Shown: in pieces, positions 30,249 through 40,808 of the stretch
Layout of the letters: every line of letters starts with the position of its first letter
How positions within the stretch are numbered: position 1 is the stretch's first letter
IMG/VR virus record: IMGVR_UViG_3300030116_004255
Location: 1 to 64,000 of that record
From: a virus
Strand: one strand, 5' to 3'
DNA: 64,000 nucleotides
Notes under the pieces: model-generated
Told to the model about the DNA's origin: nothing
The model's input: only the letters and a program-made list of their open reading frames with translations
Databases searched by the model: none
Program-made: the position numbers and the translations under genes

Positions 30249-31483
30249 TAGGCTCTAACCAATCTGACAACTTCATAGACATTGTCTAAGTATTGATCTC
30301 TGATCTTGTCAGCAGTATCAATAGAAGTTGCAGATGTCCCATCAAATTCAAAGCCTATAAATGCTTTGAGTGTTGCAGTGTTGCTTGTGCTATTAATACC
30401 ACCATTAGTTGTGTCAACATCAAAGTTGTTTGGTGATCCTAAAACAATTCTATTACCTTCTGTATCGTTAGCTGTTGAGGTTGAATAACTTGTGTTATCA
30501 GTGTAAGCGATAGCAGTAGTTGGCTTTATATTGAATTGAGCAGAAGACCATTGTGACGCAACTATTGAAAAGTGCCTAGCACCTCTTCTTAGTGTCACAT
30601 CAAAAGTTAGTCTTTGATCACGATCAGTAGCGTCGTAATAACTTGTAAGTCTGATTGTTGCTACTTCAGGTTCGTTTTTTAAAATCTTAATTGATCTCCA
30701 ACCCTGCCACTCTGTAAAGCTCGTACCTCTTGAAACAGCAAATTCAGTTGCAGATTTATAACCGTCACCATCATAAGTTTGTATAGTAAACCTAGTTTGT
30801 GCTGTGTTGTTATCAAAAGTCATTTTTACTAAACCATTTTCCAGTATGGTTGATGACGGTGAGTTGTTAGGTGACTCTAGACCACATCTTAGTCTTGACA
30901 CATCAGCAACATCGTCAGTGTATATCTTGCAAGAGTTCTTATAAAAATCGTCAGTATCTATCAAATATTTAGCGTTGTATGATCTTATATCTGACGCATA
31001 CCTTACTATCGTATTACCGTCTGCACCTACTCTTGTAAAGTTTGACGGTGTATTGCTATGGCTATGGTTATATGAGTCAACTGGTCCTGCATAAAACTGT
31101 GTTGTTGTAGAAGTAATAGAGTGATCATTTTCTATCAAACCACCAGAAAACTGGCTTTCAAATTCCAGTTCACCCATATTTCCTAAATAATCTAGATCTA
31201 TATTGTATTCATATCCACCGATCATGACTCTGTTGGTACTAATACCAGCACCCATAACTTTTACATATCCAGACATTGAACTATCCCCAGACCAAATAAA
31301 AGGAACTGTATAATATCCATTTGCACAAGCAAGTAATTCATCCCTTAAATACTTAATAGTGTCTAAGCTACTATCAACAAAAACTCCATTTAAACTTAAA
31401 GAGTGTTCATTACCGCTTTTATTTTGAGTTAAAGATCCTGGTGAAGTAAAAGTTAATCTACCTATTGTTATTGTATTAGACAT
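30248..31483 (-). CDS. Minor tail protein (distal tail-like)
   Basis: First large gene after the tape measure. Confidence 0.65.
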   Translation of the reverse strand: MSNTITIGRLTFTSPGSLTQNKSGNEHSLSLNGVFVDSSLDTIKYLRDELLACANGYYTVPFIWSGDSSMSGYVKVMGAGISTNRVMIGGYEYNIDLDYLGNMGELEFESQFSGGLIENDHSITSTTTQFYAGPVDSYNHSHSNTPSNFTRVGADGNTIVRYASDIRSYNAKYLIDTDDFYKNSCKIYTDDVADVSRLRCGLESPNNSPSSTILENGLVKMTFDNNTAQTRFTIQTYDGDGYKSATEFAVSRGTSFTEWQGWRSIKILKNEPEVATIRLTSYYDATDRDQRLTFDVTLRRGARHFSIVASQWSSAQFNIKPTTAIAYTDNTSYSTSTANDTEGNRIVLGSPNNFDVDTTNGGINSTSNTATLKAFIGFEFDGTSATSIDTADKIRDQYLDNVYEVVRLVRA

Positions 31484-31595
31484 TTCTTAACCTACACTTT
31501 GGACACACTTGATGATTACCCATTTGATAGAAGTAATCACTACAACCATCTTGTTGACAATAAATCATATTTTCTACCTGTTTATTGTCGATCAT
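31476..31595 (-). CDS. 39-aa zinc-ribbon micro-protein
   Basis: Hand translation MIDNKQVENMIYCQQDGCSDYFYQMGNHQVCPKCRLRNV; ATG overlaps the tape measure stop. Confidence 0.5.
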   Translation of the reverse strand: MIDNKQVENMIYCQQDGCSDYFYQMGNHQVCPKCRLRNV

Positions 31596-34500
31596 TATCT
31601 ACCTCTAATACCTGTTCCTATTAATCCTTCTCTATCGAGTTTGGACAATTCTTTTCTAATTGCGATTGCTGCTTTTCTTGCTTGCATTGGATCAGAAGGA
31701 ACACCTGAAACATTTACATTTAAATTTTGTACGCTAATACTACTACCAGTTGTTTTACCTATTGGTGTTATATCAACTCCACCACCAGGTATTGCTCTTA
31801 TCAACTCTGGTCCGTACTCACCAACTAGACCAATTCCAGCGCCCAAGAAACCACCGCCGTAATATCCTGGTATCCTACCGCCTTTGTAATTACCATAAAT
31901 TGTTCCACTACCAGTAGTAAGTTTTATAGTTCTTTCTTGTCCAGTCACTCTTTCTAGATCTTGTTCTATTTGATCTAGTCCAGCATCAAATTGTGATTTA
32001 TCAATATTGATTGTTATTGCTTCTTGCTCTATCTTTAAGTTCGTATTGAAATATTTTTCTGCTATTCCGTCAACTTCATTTGCAAAGTCTTGACCAAGAG
32101 TATCTGCAAGTTCTGATGTCGTATCAACTATTTTGTTTATAACATCATTGTCAATACCTACTACTTGTCCTAGTTTTTTAAATGTTTCAATAGCACCAGG
32201 TCCCATTTGTAGTAATTGAAATGCTTGATTTGCTAAACCAAATTGCTGTTGTGCTAAACGCATTTTTGCGTCTTCTATTTCTTCGTCTAGTTCACTTAAT
32301 CTATTTGCTCTTGCGTTTTCAGCTTTATCCAACTCTTGCTCTGCTAATTGATATTCTGCAAGAGATATGGTGCCTTCTTCGTAAGCAAGTTTTAAGAAAT
32401 CTCTTTTATCTGTGGCGTCCTGTATAGCTTTATTTTGTGCTGCTGTATTACCTTTAAGTAATTCTGTTTGTTCCGATATAAGTTCGTTTAAGTTCTTTTC
32501 AGCTTTTGCTCTACTTCTTTGAGCATTAAATACACCAAATTGAGAACCAAATGCTGAATTAATTTCATTTGTAGCCTCACCAACAGATTGTTTAATTAGA
32601 TCTAAAAAGTCAATCATTGTTCCTTTAAATTCCATTTCTAAATTTGGATAACCCTGTTGTATACCCTCTACAAAACCTAACATTAAGAAATTACCAAGTT
32701 CTTTTGTGACTCTTGATGGTGATCCGAATCCACCCTCTTCTTCTATAACTTTGATAGTATTATCAAAAACTTTTCTCATTGTTTTGTATAATTCTGGTGA
32801 TTCTTCCCTGATACCCTCGATCATACCGCCAATAGTATTACGGCCTAATTCTGTCATTTTATCTACGGCCTCTTCACTTACACCATCAACACTGTCAAAT
32901 AATGCGTCTTTTAATTCGTTAGAGGTAGATAGGTTTGCACCTTCAAGCATTACTTCAAATAGATTTAATTGATCAGCATCGTTTAATAAGTTTTGTATAA
33001 CTTGTGCATATTCAGGTCCTAGAGATGAAAACAATAATGCTGCGTCGTCAAAGCCCTCTTGGACTAAGAAATCAATTTGTTGTTCAAATATTTCTTTAAG
33101 TCTTATTTTGTCAGCTAAATTTTTATTTATTTCTTCAGCAGACATTTGGGCTAATTCCCCAACACCGTCTAAAGTATTAAATAAACCTTCAGCACCAGCT
33201 CTAGCTTGTTCTGCAATTCTTTCAAAAATATTTTCACTATTTTTAACTTCGTCAAATAGACTTGAATAACTATCTTCCGCGTCACCATTTAAACGAATTT
33301 GTTCCATTGTTTGACGGATCATAGTCTCTTGTGCAGGGAACATAACTTCGGTTATACCAAGCTGTTCCATAGCTTGTATTCTTAGTGTTCTTTCTTTTTC
33401 GTCATTGTAAGCCTTTACAACTTGTCTATTTTTTTCAATAGGTCCTAATATTCCATTGTAAAAACTTACTAGTTCTTGATTTTGAGTGACCATCATTGCT
33501 CGTTCTTTTGGACTCATCATTAAGAAATCAAACAAGACAGATTTATCTATATAGTCGTCCTCGTACCCAGCCGTAATGTCTTCAATAAAGGCCTCGACAC
33601 CTTCTCTTGTTTTTGTGACTGTGTTATCAAACCCCTCTATAAAACCACTTTCTAATAGTTTATAACCTTTGCTTGATCCTGGACCGCTAGCTAAAAAGTT
33701 ATTTATATCACCCATAGCTGCTACAAATTGTTGTTCATTTAATATTTGATCTACAAATGCTTCCCAACCGTTTGTATCGCCAGCAATAGCAAAAATTGTT
33801 TTTTCAAGAAAAGCATCTTTATCAAAACCCTCTGGTGCTTTTTCTAAGGCCTCTTGAAACTCCGCGCTGTTAAACAACATTGCTTGTACACCCTGAGCAT
33901 CTGGTCCATCAATACCTGAAAACGCTTCTAATGTACGCCTCATCATTTCTAGCTCACCTGTGGCTGCTGCTGATCTTGCACCTATAATTCCAAGAGTTGT
34001 TCCTAGTAATACAAAGAACCCTGCTGGACCACTAACTAATCCCATAGCTATGGCTTGTACTCTTTGTAGCTGTGCGCCAAAAATAGCTAATGCTAATGTC
34101 AAAGATCCAAGAGCTACTTTCAAAAATCCCATTGCGTTTTCTGACTCAACTATTCCTAATAAAAAGTTTTGTACAAACCTGTTAGCATCTTTAAGAGTTG
34201 GTACTAATTGATCTCCAATTTGTACTTGTAATTCGTTAAATATGTTTTTAGTTATTTGTAATTGTGATTCTAAAGTTGCATATTTCTTTAAGGCCTCTTC
34301 TGTTGCTGCTGTGTTCTCTATCATTGCTTTTGTAGCTAGATCTAGAGTTTCGCCAACCAAACCACCTGCTTCAGCAAGACCAAGAAGTGCAAGCATTGTT
34401 CTACGCTGTGACAGGCCTAGCTTATCTAATAATCCAACTACATCTGTACCACTATCATTTAAAGCACCTAATCCTTCAATAAAGGCCTGTACTGCTCTTG

Positions 34501-35341
34501 CAGGATCGTCTTGGAAAAATGCGGAAAAAGCCTCAGTGACAGATCCACCAAAGTCAGAAAAATCTTGTGTTCCGTTAGCTGCTATTTGTGCAAATAACTG
34601 TACTTCGTCACCAGCAGATATTACAGAAGAGTTAATACTTTGAAATACACGAGCAACCGCAGTACCACCAGCCTGAGCAGGAACACCGATTGCTTGTAAA
34701 GCTGTTGCAAATGCTAACGCATCTTCAGTACCAGCACCTACCTGAGCTGCGGCCTGTTGGATACGCAAAACAGTAGTCATAATTTCTGACTCTGTTGCAG
34801 CAAAGTTGTTTCCTAGATCTACAATTACAGAAGCTATATTTGAAAAAGTTTCGCCATTTGTTTGTGCAATAGCATCTAACCTAGCAAGACCTAGTGCTGC
34901 GTTTTCAACTGTTAAGTTAGTTGTGACAGCTAATTGAGATACAACTTGAATAAATGATGGTAAGTTTTCTACCGCTACACCTAACTGTCCACCAAGCTCA
35001 CCAATTCTATTTAAGTCGTCAGTGCTGACTGGTGATATTGTAGATAATTCTTTTACAGATTCAGCTAAGGCATCAAATTGTTCTTCAGTAGCCTCTACTG
35101 TTTTTCTAATACCAGCAAAGCTAGCTTCAAAAGCTATAGCAGATTGAGCAGCTTTAAAAAATTCAATAGTGATTGCGCCGATACCGATCATTGCAGCAGA
35201 GGCAGCTTTCGCAGCTTGGGCTGCTACCATTTGTTGCTTTTGTGCAGTTTTCTCTACTACATCATCAACATCTTTTTTAAGTTCAACAAAGCCCTTTTGT
35301 TCTATGGGGGTATATACATTAATTACTGCTGGTCTGGTCAT
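31595..35341 (-). CDS. Tape measure protein (TP901 family)
   Basis: FEASFAGIRKTV...LGNNFAATESEI...AGGTA; follows the chaperones. Confidence 0.92.
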   Translation of the reverse strand: MTRPAVINVYTPIEQKGFVELKKDVDDVVEKTAQKQQMVAAQAAKAASAAMIGIGAITIEFFKAAQSAIAFEASFAGIRKTVEATEEQFDALAESVKELSTISPVSTDDLNRIGELGGQLGVAVENLPSFIQVVSQLAVTTNLTVENAALGLARLDAIAQTNGETFSNIASVIVDLGNNFAATESEIMTTVLRIQQAAAQVGAGTEDALAFATALQAIGVPAQAGGTAVARVFQSINSSVISAGDEVQLFAQIAANGTQDFSDFGGSVTEAFSAFFQDDPARAVQAFIEGLGALNDSGTDVVGLLDKLGLSQRRTMLALLGLAEAGGLVGETLDLATKAMIENTAATEEALKKYATLESQLQITKNIFNELQVQIGDQLVPTLKDANRFVQNFLLGIVESENAMGFLKVALGSLTLALAIFGAQLQRVQAIAMGLVSGPAGFFVLLGTTLGIIGARSAAATGELEMMRRTLEAFSGIDGPDAQGVQAMLFNSAEFQEALEKAPEGFDKDAFLEKTIFAIAGDTNGWEAFVDQILNEQQFVAAMGDINNFLASGPGSSKGYKLLESGFIEGFDNTVTKTREGVEAFIEDITAGYEDDYIDKSVLFDFLMMSPKERAMMVTQNQELVSFYNGILGPIEKNRQVVKAYNDEKERTLRIQAMEQLGITEVMFPAQETMIRQTMEQIRLNGDAEDSYSSLFDEVKNSENIFERIAEQARAGAEGLFNTLDGVGELAQMSAEEINKNLADKIRLKEIFEQQIDFLVQEGFDDAALLFSSLGPEYAQVIQNLLNDADQLNLFEVMLEGANLSTSNELKDALFDSVDGVSEEAVDKMTELGRNTIGGMIEGIREESPELYKTMRKVFDNTIKVIEEEGGFGSPSRVTKELGNFLMLGFVEGIQQGYPNLEMEFKGTMIDFLDLIKQSVGEATNEINSAFGSQFGVFNAQRSRAKAEKNLNELISEQTELLKGNTAAQNKAIQDATDKRDFLKLAYEEGTISLAEYQLAEQELDKAENARANRLSELDEEIEDAKMRLAQQQFGLANQAFQLLQMGPGAIETFKKLGQVVGIDNDVINKIVDTTSELADTLGQDFANEVDGIAEKYFNTNLKIEQEAITINIDKSQFDAGLDQIEQDLERVTGQERTIKLTTGSGTIYGNYKGGRIPGYYGGGFLGAGIGLVGEYGPELIRAIPGGGVDITPIGKTTGSSISVQNLNVNVSGVPSDPMQARKAAIAIRKELSKLDREGLIGTGIRGR

Positions 35342-35669
35342 AGTCTTCCTTAACTACTCTTTTTTGATCTTCCAAAAGTTGATCAACAGAAGTAGGAACA
35401 CGATTTCTATTTCTACCCATTCTGCGATCAAGCTCTTCTTTATACCAGCCTGGTGGTGGATCATCGCCTTCAGCTTCTTTACTGTTAGAGAGTTCTTCCA
35501 TAGCAGGCCTAAAGAAGTTTGATTGTTCTAAGGGCATTTTACCAAGTAATCTATAAAATTTGCGCCATTCAACTTCTAGGGGTTCATGTAGATTATAAAA
35601 TCTGAGAAAGTCAGATTCCACATCAGACCATCGATCTACTATGTCAATGATCTTGTATGTTATTTTGGG
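35319..35669 (-). CDS. Tail assembly chaperone GT extension (-1 frameshift product)
   Basis: The -1 frame from CCCAAAA reads PKITYKIIDIVDRWSDVESDFL... into the ORF at 35621. Confidence 0.85.
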   Translation of the reverse strand, partial: PKITYKIIDIVDRWSDVESDFLRFYNLHEPLEVEWRKFYRLLGKMPLEQSNFFRPAMEELSNSKEAEGDDPPPGWYKEELDRRMGRNRNRVPTSVDQLLEDQKRVVKEDYDQTSSN

Positions 35670-36013
35670 GAATCAGCGTCATCCTCATCAGTTGGCAGTT
35701 CTTGATCTTGGACTACATCTGCGCCTAGGCCATATTGTTCCATTAGCCAAGCTGATATTTCTTGTAGGGTTTTGAAATCGACTTCTTTTTCTAGTGCGAC
35801 TAAATTTTCAAGACCGAAAATTGAACTAAACCATTGTTTTAAATTTGAGGCTGCTAGCGAGCCATCGTCATTCATCCAAGTCATTTGATCTAAAACAACT
35901 TTGGCTGATAAGAATGGTGGAAAGTTATATTCTTTTCCATTTACCTTAACCACTATTGGTTCGGTATTACTCGCTTCTTTAGCAGCATCAAAATCTTTAA
36001 AACGCTTACTCAT
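35660..36013 (-). CDS. Tail assembly chaperone G
   Basis: Between tail tube and tape measure; ends at the slippery site. Confidence 0.85.
   Translation of the reverse strand: MSKRFKDFDAAKEASNTEPIVVKVNGKEYNFPPFLSAKVVLDQMTWMNDDGSLAASNLKQWFSSIFGLENLVALEKEVDFKTLQEISAWLMEQYGLGADVVQDQELPTDEDDADSPK
35663..35669 (-). other. Programmed -1 ribosomal frameshift slippery site C CCA AAA
   Basis: X XXY YYZ heptamer immediately before the chaperone stop, at the canonical position. Confidence 0.85.
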
Positions 36014-36040
36014 TGTATCCTCCCATCTTAATTAAGCATT

Positions 36041-36697
36041 TTAGTTGACGGAACCTTCAGTTGTACTGTTGGTGTTGTCAACAATTCTAAACAGATTGTT
36101 CTTACCGTCAGTAGTTCCTACTGCGGTTGATGAGCTATCTGGTACTAATATTTTAAACTCAACAGCAATAAGCACTTTTTGAGGTGCTTTTTGGTGAGCC
36201 ATAGAAAAAGCTCCAACATTGACAGCACGAGGGATCTGTATGTGACGGATAGCGCCACTTGGACCACTTGTGACCAACAATAAGGCTTTTTCACCAAAAG
36301 TAGTTGTTGCAGGTGGAACTAATGAATCATAACCAGTTCCATAAGTTGCATCGTTTTCACTTAATTGTGAAGATGTACCACCAAAAGCAACATTTAAATT
36401 TGCTAAACTAGCTTGTGCTAGAGTACCAGTTAGTCGAACTTCTTGTGCAGTCTTTACAGACTTAATAGGATCAATTTCTTCTGCGACCATAATGTCTTCA
36501 AAAGTCTTGTCATATTCAAGAGTCCAGCCATCTTCAGAGTATCCTATGTCGCCCCAGGAAGAGCTATTGTCTGCCCATTCAGTAGCAGTTGTACTGTCTG
36601 CGCCTGGAAATGCTGTTCCTTTATCTGCTGTATATAGAACACCTGTACCAATAAGAACATCGGATATAGTACCTGATGTATTATATGTTGTTGGCAT
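36041..36697 (-). CDS. Major tail tube protein
   Basis: WGDIGYSEDGWTLEY motif and synteny. Confidence 0.85.
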   Translation of the reverse strand: MPTTYNTSGTISDVLIGTGVLYTADKGTAFPGADSTTATEWADNSSSWGDIGYSEDGWTLEYDKTFEDIMVAEEIDPIKSVKTAQEVRLTGTLAQASLANLNVAFGGTSSQLSENDATYGTGYDSLVPPATTTFGEKALLLVTSGPSGAIRHIQIPRAVNVGAFSMAHQKAPQKVLIAVEFKILVPDSSSTAVGTTDGKNNLFRIVDNTNSTTEGSVN

Positions 36698-36744
36698 ATA
36701 TTCTCCTAACTTAACTTATACTTTTAATATGTTTGCAAACATAT

Positions 36745-37053
36745 CTATTCTTCCTCAGAGAACCAATCCTCTTCGGAAACAGTGTCATCTACCTCATCGC
36801 TAGATTTATCGTCATTGTCTTCTGATAAAACAGTCTGACTGACTTCTTTGACTTCCCAATCTGATCCTTCTTCAATGAATTTAGGTATCCCTAGAGTACC
36901 GTTCCATTGACGACCAGTTGACTCTTTAAGTCTTTTCCAATCAGTCCCATTAACTTCTGTCCACTCATCTTTCGTAAATGTCAACCCAGTAATTTCATCA
37001 CCGATTGTCCCTGCTGGGTACAAAGGGTTAACTTTTATTTTTACTTTAGCCAT
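36745..37053 (-). CDS. Hypothetical acidic protein
   Basis: AGGAG RBS. Confidence 0.6.
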   Translation of the reverse strand: MAKVKIKVNPLYPAGTIGDEITGLTFTKDEWTEVNGTDWKRLKESTGRQWNGTLGIPKFIEEGSDWEVKEVSQTVLSEDNDDKSSDEVDDTVSEEDWFSEEE

Positions 37054-37099
37054 AATTTACTCCTGAGATTATATTAGAGGATTTTTTTGCAGATTAGTG

Positions 37100-37579
37100 T
37101 TATTCAGTATATCGATAAGTCATTGCAACACTGATTTGGAATTGTGCTACTTGTATATCTCTTTGTTCTACTCTTGTAGGGGCTACTTGTACTTCAAAAT
37201 CGTAAATGAGAGCTTTAACTCCAGATCCAGTTGTGACTTCTATTTGTCCCTCAGTAAAGGCCTCTTTAAATATTATCTGTGCAATATTACTAGCAGTAGT
37301 AAAGTCTGGTTCTGATTTAGTACCATCACTACCCCATCTACCTGCATATACGATCATTGTCATGTCAGCTATATTGACTGCTGATTGAGAAGCTGGATCT
37401 AATAAAGAATTTCCGTTATTTGTTATAACAATAAAAGGTAATGTAGGACTACTAGGTAATCTAGTAGATATTCTTGTTGACACCTCGTCTGTTATGCTTG
37501 TTTTACTTAAAAGCCACGCCCTTAATACAATTTCAGGATCAGGTGGCATATTTGCGTTATCATTTATTCCAAAACCCAT
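37100..37579 (-). CDS. Tail terminator
   Basis: LRAWLL...RISTRLP...PFIVI pattern and synteny. Confidence 0.7.
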   Translation of the reverse strand: MGFGINDNANMPPDPEIVLRAWLLSKTSITDEVSTRISTRLPSSPTLPFIVITNNGNSLLDPASQSAVNIADMTMIVYAGRWGSDGTKSEPDFTTASNIAQIIFKEAFTEGQIEVTTGSGVKALIYDFEVQVAPTRVEQRDIQVAQFQISVAMTYRYTE

Positions 37580-38559
37580 TAGAAAGGAACCTCTCCACTA
37601 CCGCTTACAAATTCTATTGCTTGTGTTTCACCAGCATTTTCTACACTTAATTCATCTGCATCTTGCGGTGGTCTTACTGGCTGATAAGACATATAATTCA
37701 TCTTATTAGACATTTTCTTACCATTTACTACTAAATCATAATCAACTTGTGGAAAATAATGGGTTAATGCGGCCATAAGAGATTTACCTAACCAACCAAA
37801 GTTTCTTGCAGGACTAAAACTTTCTCTACCAGGATACCAACCACCATAAACAGTTTTCCACCAGTATGGAGCTTGATCCGCCTCACGAAGATTACCACCT
37901 GGTCCTGATCCAATACTAATACGACCAGTTGCTACTGATCTTGCGTCGCTAAAATAAATACCCCTAATTCTTATACTATCTCTTAAATTACCAGTGACAA
38001 TAGGTGCCTCTCTATTACCATCAGCATTACCAGTCTTCACTCCACCAATCATGTTGTACTGTATATCCCTAAGTAAGTTGGGCATACTAAACTCTTCAAT
38101 CGTCAAACCTTTTTTTTGCATATCCTTTAGAGCCTTTAAATATTCACGCTCTAACTTACCACCCATTTCTTTATTAATTTTTGCTTTTACATCTTCAGTT
38201 AATACTTGTCCAAACACTTGCGTTTTTTGTTGAACTTTGTTGTTATAGTAATTCTGCACTTTTTGTGTTGCAATTTTTCCGTAAAACCTATTTGCAATAC
38301 GAGTTGCTACACCCATAGTTTGAGGTATAACAGTTTGTCCAATACGACCAGATATTCTACCTGCAACTCTTCTTTGTATACGCAAAGAAGCACCCTGTCC
38401 TCTAGGTGTTAAAGATTTTAAGTCAGCACCAATTCTTGCATATTGTAGGCCTAAACTTCTTATAGGACGCAAGCCCTGATCAAGAACATTAAGAGATATA
38501 ACATCGCCAATACCTATGGAAGTTTGGTATAAAAGATCTGTAAAACGATTGCTAGCCAT
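37579..38559 (-). CDS. HK97 gp10-like neck protein with basic N-terminal extension
   Basis: APIVTGNLRDSI...APYW motif. Confidence 0.65.
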   Translation of the reverse strand: MASNRFTDLLYQTSIGIGDVISLNVLDQGLRPIRSLGLQYARIGADLKSLTPRGQGASLRIQRRVAGRISGRIGQTVIPQTMGVATRIANRFYGKIATQKVQNYYNNKVQQKTQVFGQVLTEDVKAKINKEMGGKLEREYLKALKDMQKKGLTIEEFSMPNLLRDIQYNMIGGVKTGNADGNREAPIVTGNLRDSIRIRGIYFSDARSVATGRISIGSGPGGNLREADQAPYWWKTVYGGWYPGRESFSPARNFGWLGKSLMAALTHYFPQVDYDLVVNGKKMSNKMNYMSYQPVRPPQDADELSVENAGETQAIEFVSGSGEVPF

Positions 38560-38891
38560 TAGCTACTCTTTCTTACTTGTAGCCTTTTTATAACTGCACT
38601 TCCGTGTCTATTTTTCATAATACTAATACCAATGATTTCGTAATATGTTGAACCAATAGCAATACGATTACCATTATTTACAGTGACGCTAGCTGGTATG
38701 TAAAGATCATATTCGTCAACAAGAAGTTCTTTATTCTCTTGTGTTTCATCAGATCTTTGGGTGACTAATCTACCCTTAGTTGTAGTTGAAGTTGTCCAAC
38801 TAGAACTATACAAACCTCTGTCATCTACTGAAGAGGTATCTACTGTTTGAACTGTTATATCTTCTTTAAGATTTTTTGTATATACTGACAT
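38559..38891 (-). CDS. Head closure/stopper protein
   Basis: Size, synteny and GNRIAIGSTYYEI. Confidence 0.7.
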   Translation of the reverse strand: MSVYTKNLKEDITVQTVDTSSVDDRGLYSSSWTTSTTTKGRLVTQRSDETQENKELLVDEYDLYIPASVTVNNGNRIAIGSTYYEIIGISIMKNRHGSAVIKRLQVRKSS

Positions 38892-38930
38892 ATCATTACT
38901 TTAGTAAGCAATTCCAGAATCATAAGGATT

Positions 38931-39464
38931 TTAGTTTTCTAGTTTTTTTCTTAATTTTTCTAGAGTTTCTCTTTTTTTCTGTATGTCAGCTAATTTACCG
39001 CTAGGATTTTCTAAACAATTTTTACAAACTTTTTGTCTACCGTCTTTGTATTTTTGTGTCTTACCAAAACTTTTTATAGGTACTATATCACCACATTTAG
39101 CACATTGTTTTTCTGTTGGGTTCCAACTTTGTTTTTCTACATACTGCTGTGCTTCTTTGACGCCAAGCCAAATAGCAGGATCTTCTTTCATCCAACTTAA
39201 AAACTTTTCTAGGCCTATTGGTAGATCTTCATACAATTCTCTAACAGTAAGGCCGTATTTACCATCTCTAATTCTGTCAATAACAGTAATTGCTACTTGA
39301 TGATCTATTGCAGATATAGGATCAAAGCCTGCTTGTTCTCTTAATTGTCTAACTCTTTCGTGTGAACACTCCCACTCTCTAGCCCAATCACTTAAAGGTT
39401 TGTGTGGATCAGCTTTAAATAATTCATAAGCCTTTTCAACATTAGGTACTTTTCTACTTGGCAT
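38931..39464 (-). CDS. HTH plus zinc-finger DNA-binding protein
   Basis: AREWECSHERVRQL HTH; KQCAKC...CKNC. Confidence 0.65.
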   Translation of the reverse strand: MPSRKVPNVEKAYELFKADPHKPLSDWAREWECSHERVRQLREQAGFDPISAIDHQVAITVIDRIRDGKYGLTVRELYEDLPIGLEKFLSWMKEDPAIWLGVKEAQQYVEKQSWNPTEKQCAKCGDIVPIKSFGKTQKYKDGRQKVCKNCLENPSGKLADIQKKRETLEKLRKKLEN

Positions 39465-39744
39465 CTTTCCTCTTTCTAGTTAGTCCTCTTTCTTTTCTAA
39501 TTTTCCTACGCTCTCTTTCTGATAGTCCACCCCATATACCAAACTTTTCATTATTCACTATGGAATATTCTAAACAGTGTTCTTGGGCAACACAGGAATT
39601 ACATAATTCTTTTGCTTTTCTTGTGCTTGCACCTCTATCTGGAAAAAATAGATCAGGATCTTCGCCTATGCAGTTGGCATCAACCTGCCACCATAACTCT
39701 TGTAGTCTTAGTAGATTACTTAGAGCTTCCTGTTTATAGTCCAC
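39454..39744 (-). CDS. whiB: WhiB-family Fe-S transcription factor
   Basis: W...ANC...DPDLFFP...AKELCNSC...HCLEY...GIWGGLSERERR. Confidence 0.95.
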   Translation of the reverse strand: MDYKQEALSNLLRLQELWWQVDANCIGEDPDLFFPDRGASTRKAKELCNSCVAQEHCLEYSIVNNEKFGIWGGLSERERRKIRKERGLTRKRKDAK

Positions 39745-39893
39745 TGTTCACCCTTAATGATTTCATCAAATTGTTTGTTTACTTCTATCATTTGATTCAC
39801 ATTTTTTCTTGTGTACTCATTAAGGTGTGCGTGTAGCAAACCGTGGTAATTTAAAAATCCAATTAGCCAAGTGTATGTTGCTAGATCTAGCAT
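39720..39893 (-). CDS. 57-aa hypothetical protein
   Basis: Hand translation MLDLATYTWLIGFLNYH...; ATG overlaps the upstream stop. Confidence 0.5.
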   Translation of the reverse strand: MLDLATYTWLIGFLNYHGLLHAHLNEYTRKNVNQMIEVNKQFDEIIKGEQWTINRKL

Positions 39894-40531
39894 TAAACAA
39901 ACACCTGTTTTTTATAAGGTGCTAATAATAACTTATCACTTTCTCTAAGTAATGGTCCATCGAAATATGCTAAAGGATCAGCATACTTTACATCTAAATC
40001 GCCGATGCGTTCTTCAATAACTGTGTTCATATTTGCCCCATTGGTCGAGTCCGCTAAATGAGTGTTCACAGCACCACTATCAGCGTTTGAACTTAAATTC
40101 AAACTCGACAATATTATTCTTGCACATATTCTTGCGCTTGTAAACTTTATATCGTCAGGAATTGTTGAATAGCCTGCATTGTAAGATACTGATATATTCT
40201 TAGGTTTAGCACCTGACCAACGACCTAATACTCTTTCTACTCTACCGTTAGAGTGAAATACAAAATCATTTTCATTACCTTCAGTAAGAGCATTACCATC
40301 TTCAGTGATAGAGCTGACAGAGTTTACAGGAATATGTTTTAAATTAATTTCTCTGTTATTGTCACCAAATAGTGTTTCAGTTTGATTTGCTGCCTCAACA
40401 TCATATCCTAGATATGTTTTAATTATTTGATCAGCAAAGGGAATGATCGAATTGGTCACAGTTGTTTCAACTGTTGAACTTAGATCTACACCTAATATAG
40501 TTTCGACATCAGTGTAAGCGCAAAGAGCCAT
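39893..40531 (-). CDS. Head-tail connector/adaptor
   Basis: IKTYLG...VSYNAGYSTIPDDIK...LLAPYK. Confidence 0.8.
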   Translation of the reverse strand: MALCAYTDVETILGVDLSSTVETTVTNSIIPFADQIIKTYLGYDVEAANQTETLFGDNNREINLKHIPVNSVSSITEDGNALTEGNENDFVFHSNGRVERVLGRWSGAKPKNISVSYNAGYSTIPDDIKFTSARICARIILSSLNLSSNADSGAVNTHLADSTNGANMNTVIEERIGDLDVKYADPLAYFDGPLLRESDKLLLAPYKKQVFV

Positions 40532-40542
40532 TTAGGATCTCC

Positions 40543-40785
40543 TTACTTATTTTCAGATGGTTTAACTGCTTTTGTTTCTACTTTTTTCTTTGGAGCTTCT
40601 TTTTTCTTAGCAGGAGCTTTTTTACCCCAACCTTTTTCTTTTAACCAGCTTTCTGGATATGTTTTTCCAGCTCCACCAATTTTAGAAGCATTTGATTTAG
40701 GAAGTTCAGCTTTAGGTCCTTCAAATAAAGTACCATCGCCTAATTCCCAAAGATCTTTTTCCAATTTAACGAATTTTTCACTCAT
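40543..40785 (-). CDS. Small Lys-rich head-region protein
   Basis: KAVKPSENK C-terminus; follows the capsid. Confidence 0.6.
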   Translation of the reverse strand: MSEKFVKLEKDLWELGDGTLFEGPKAELPKSNASKIGGAGKTYPESWLKEKGWGKKAPAKKKEAPKKKVETKAVKPSENK

Positions 40786-40808
40786 AATTATTTAATCCTA
40801 ACTTATTT

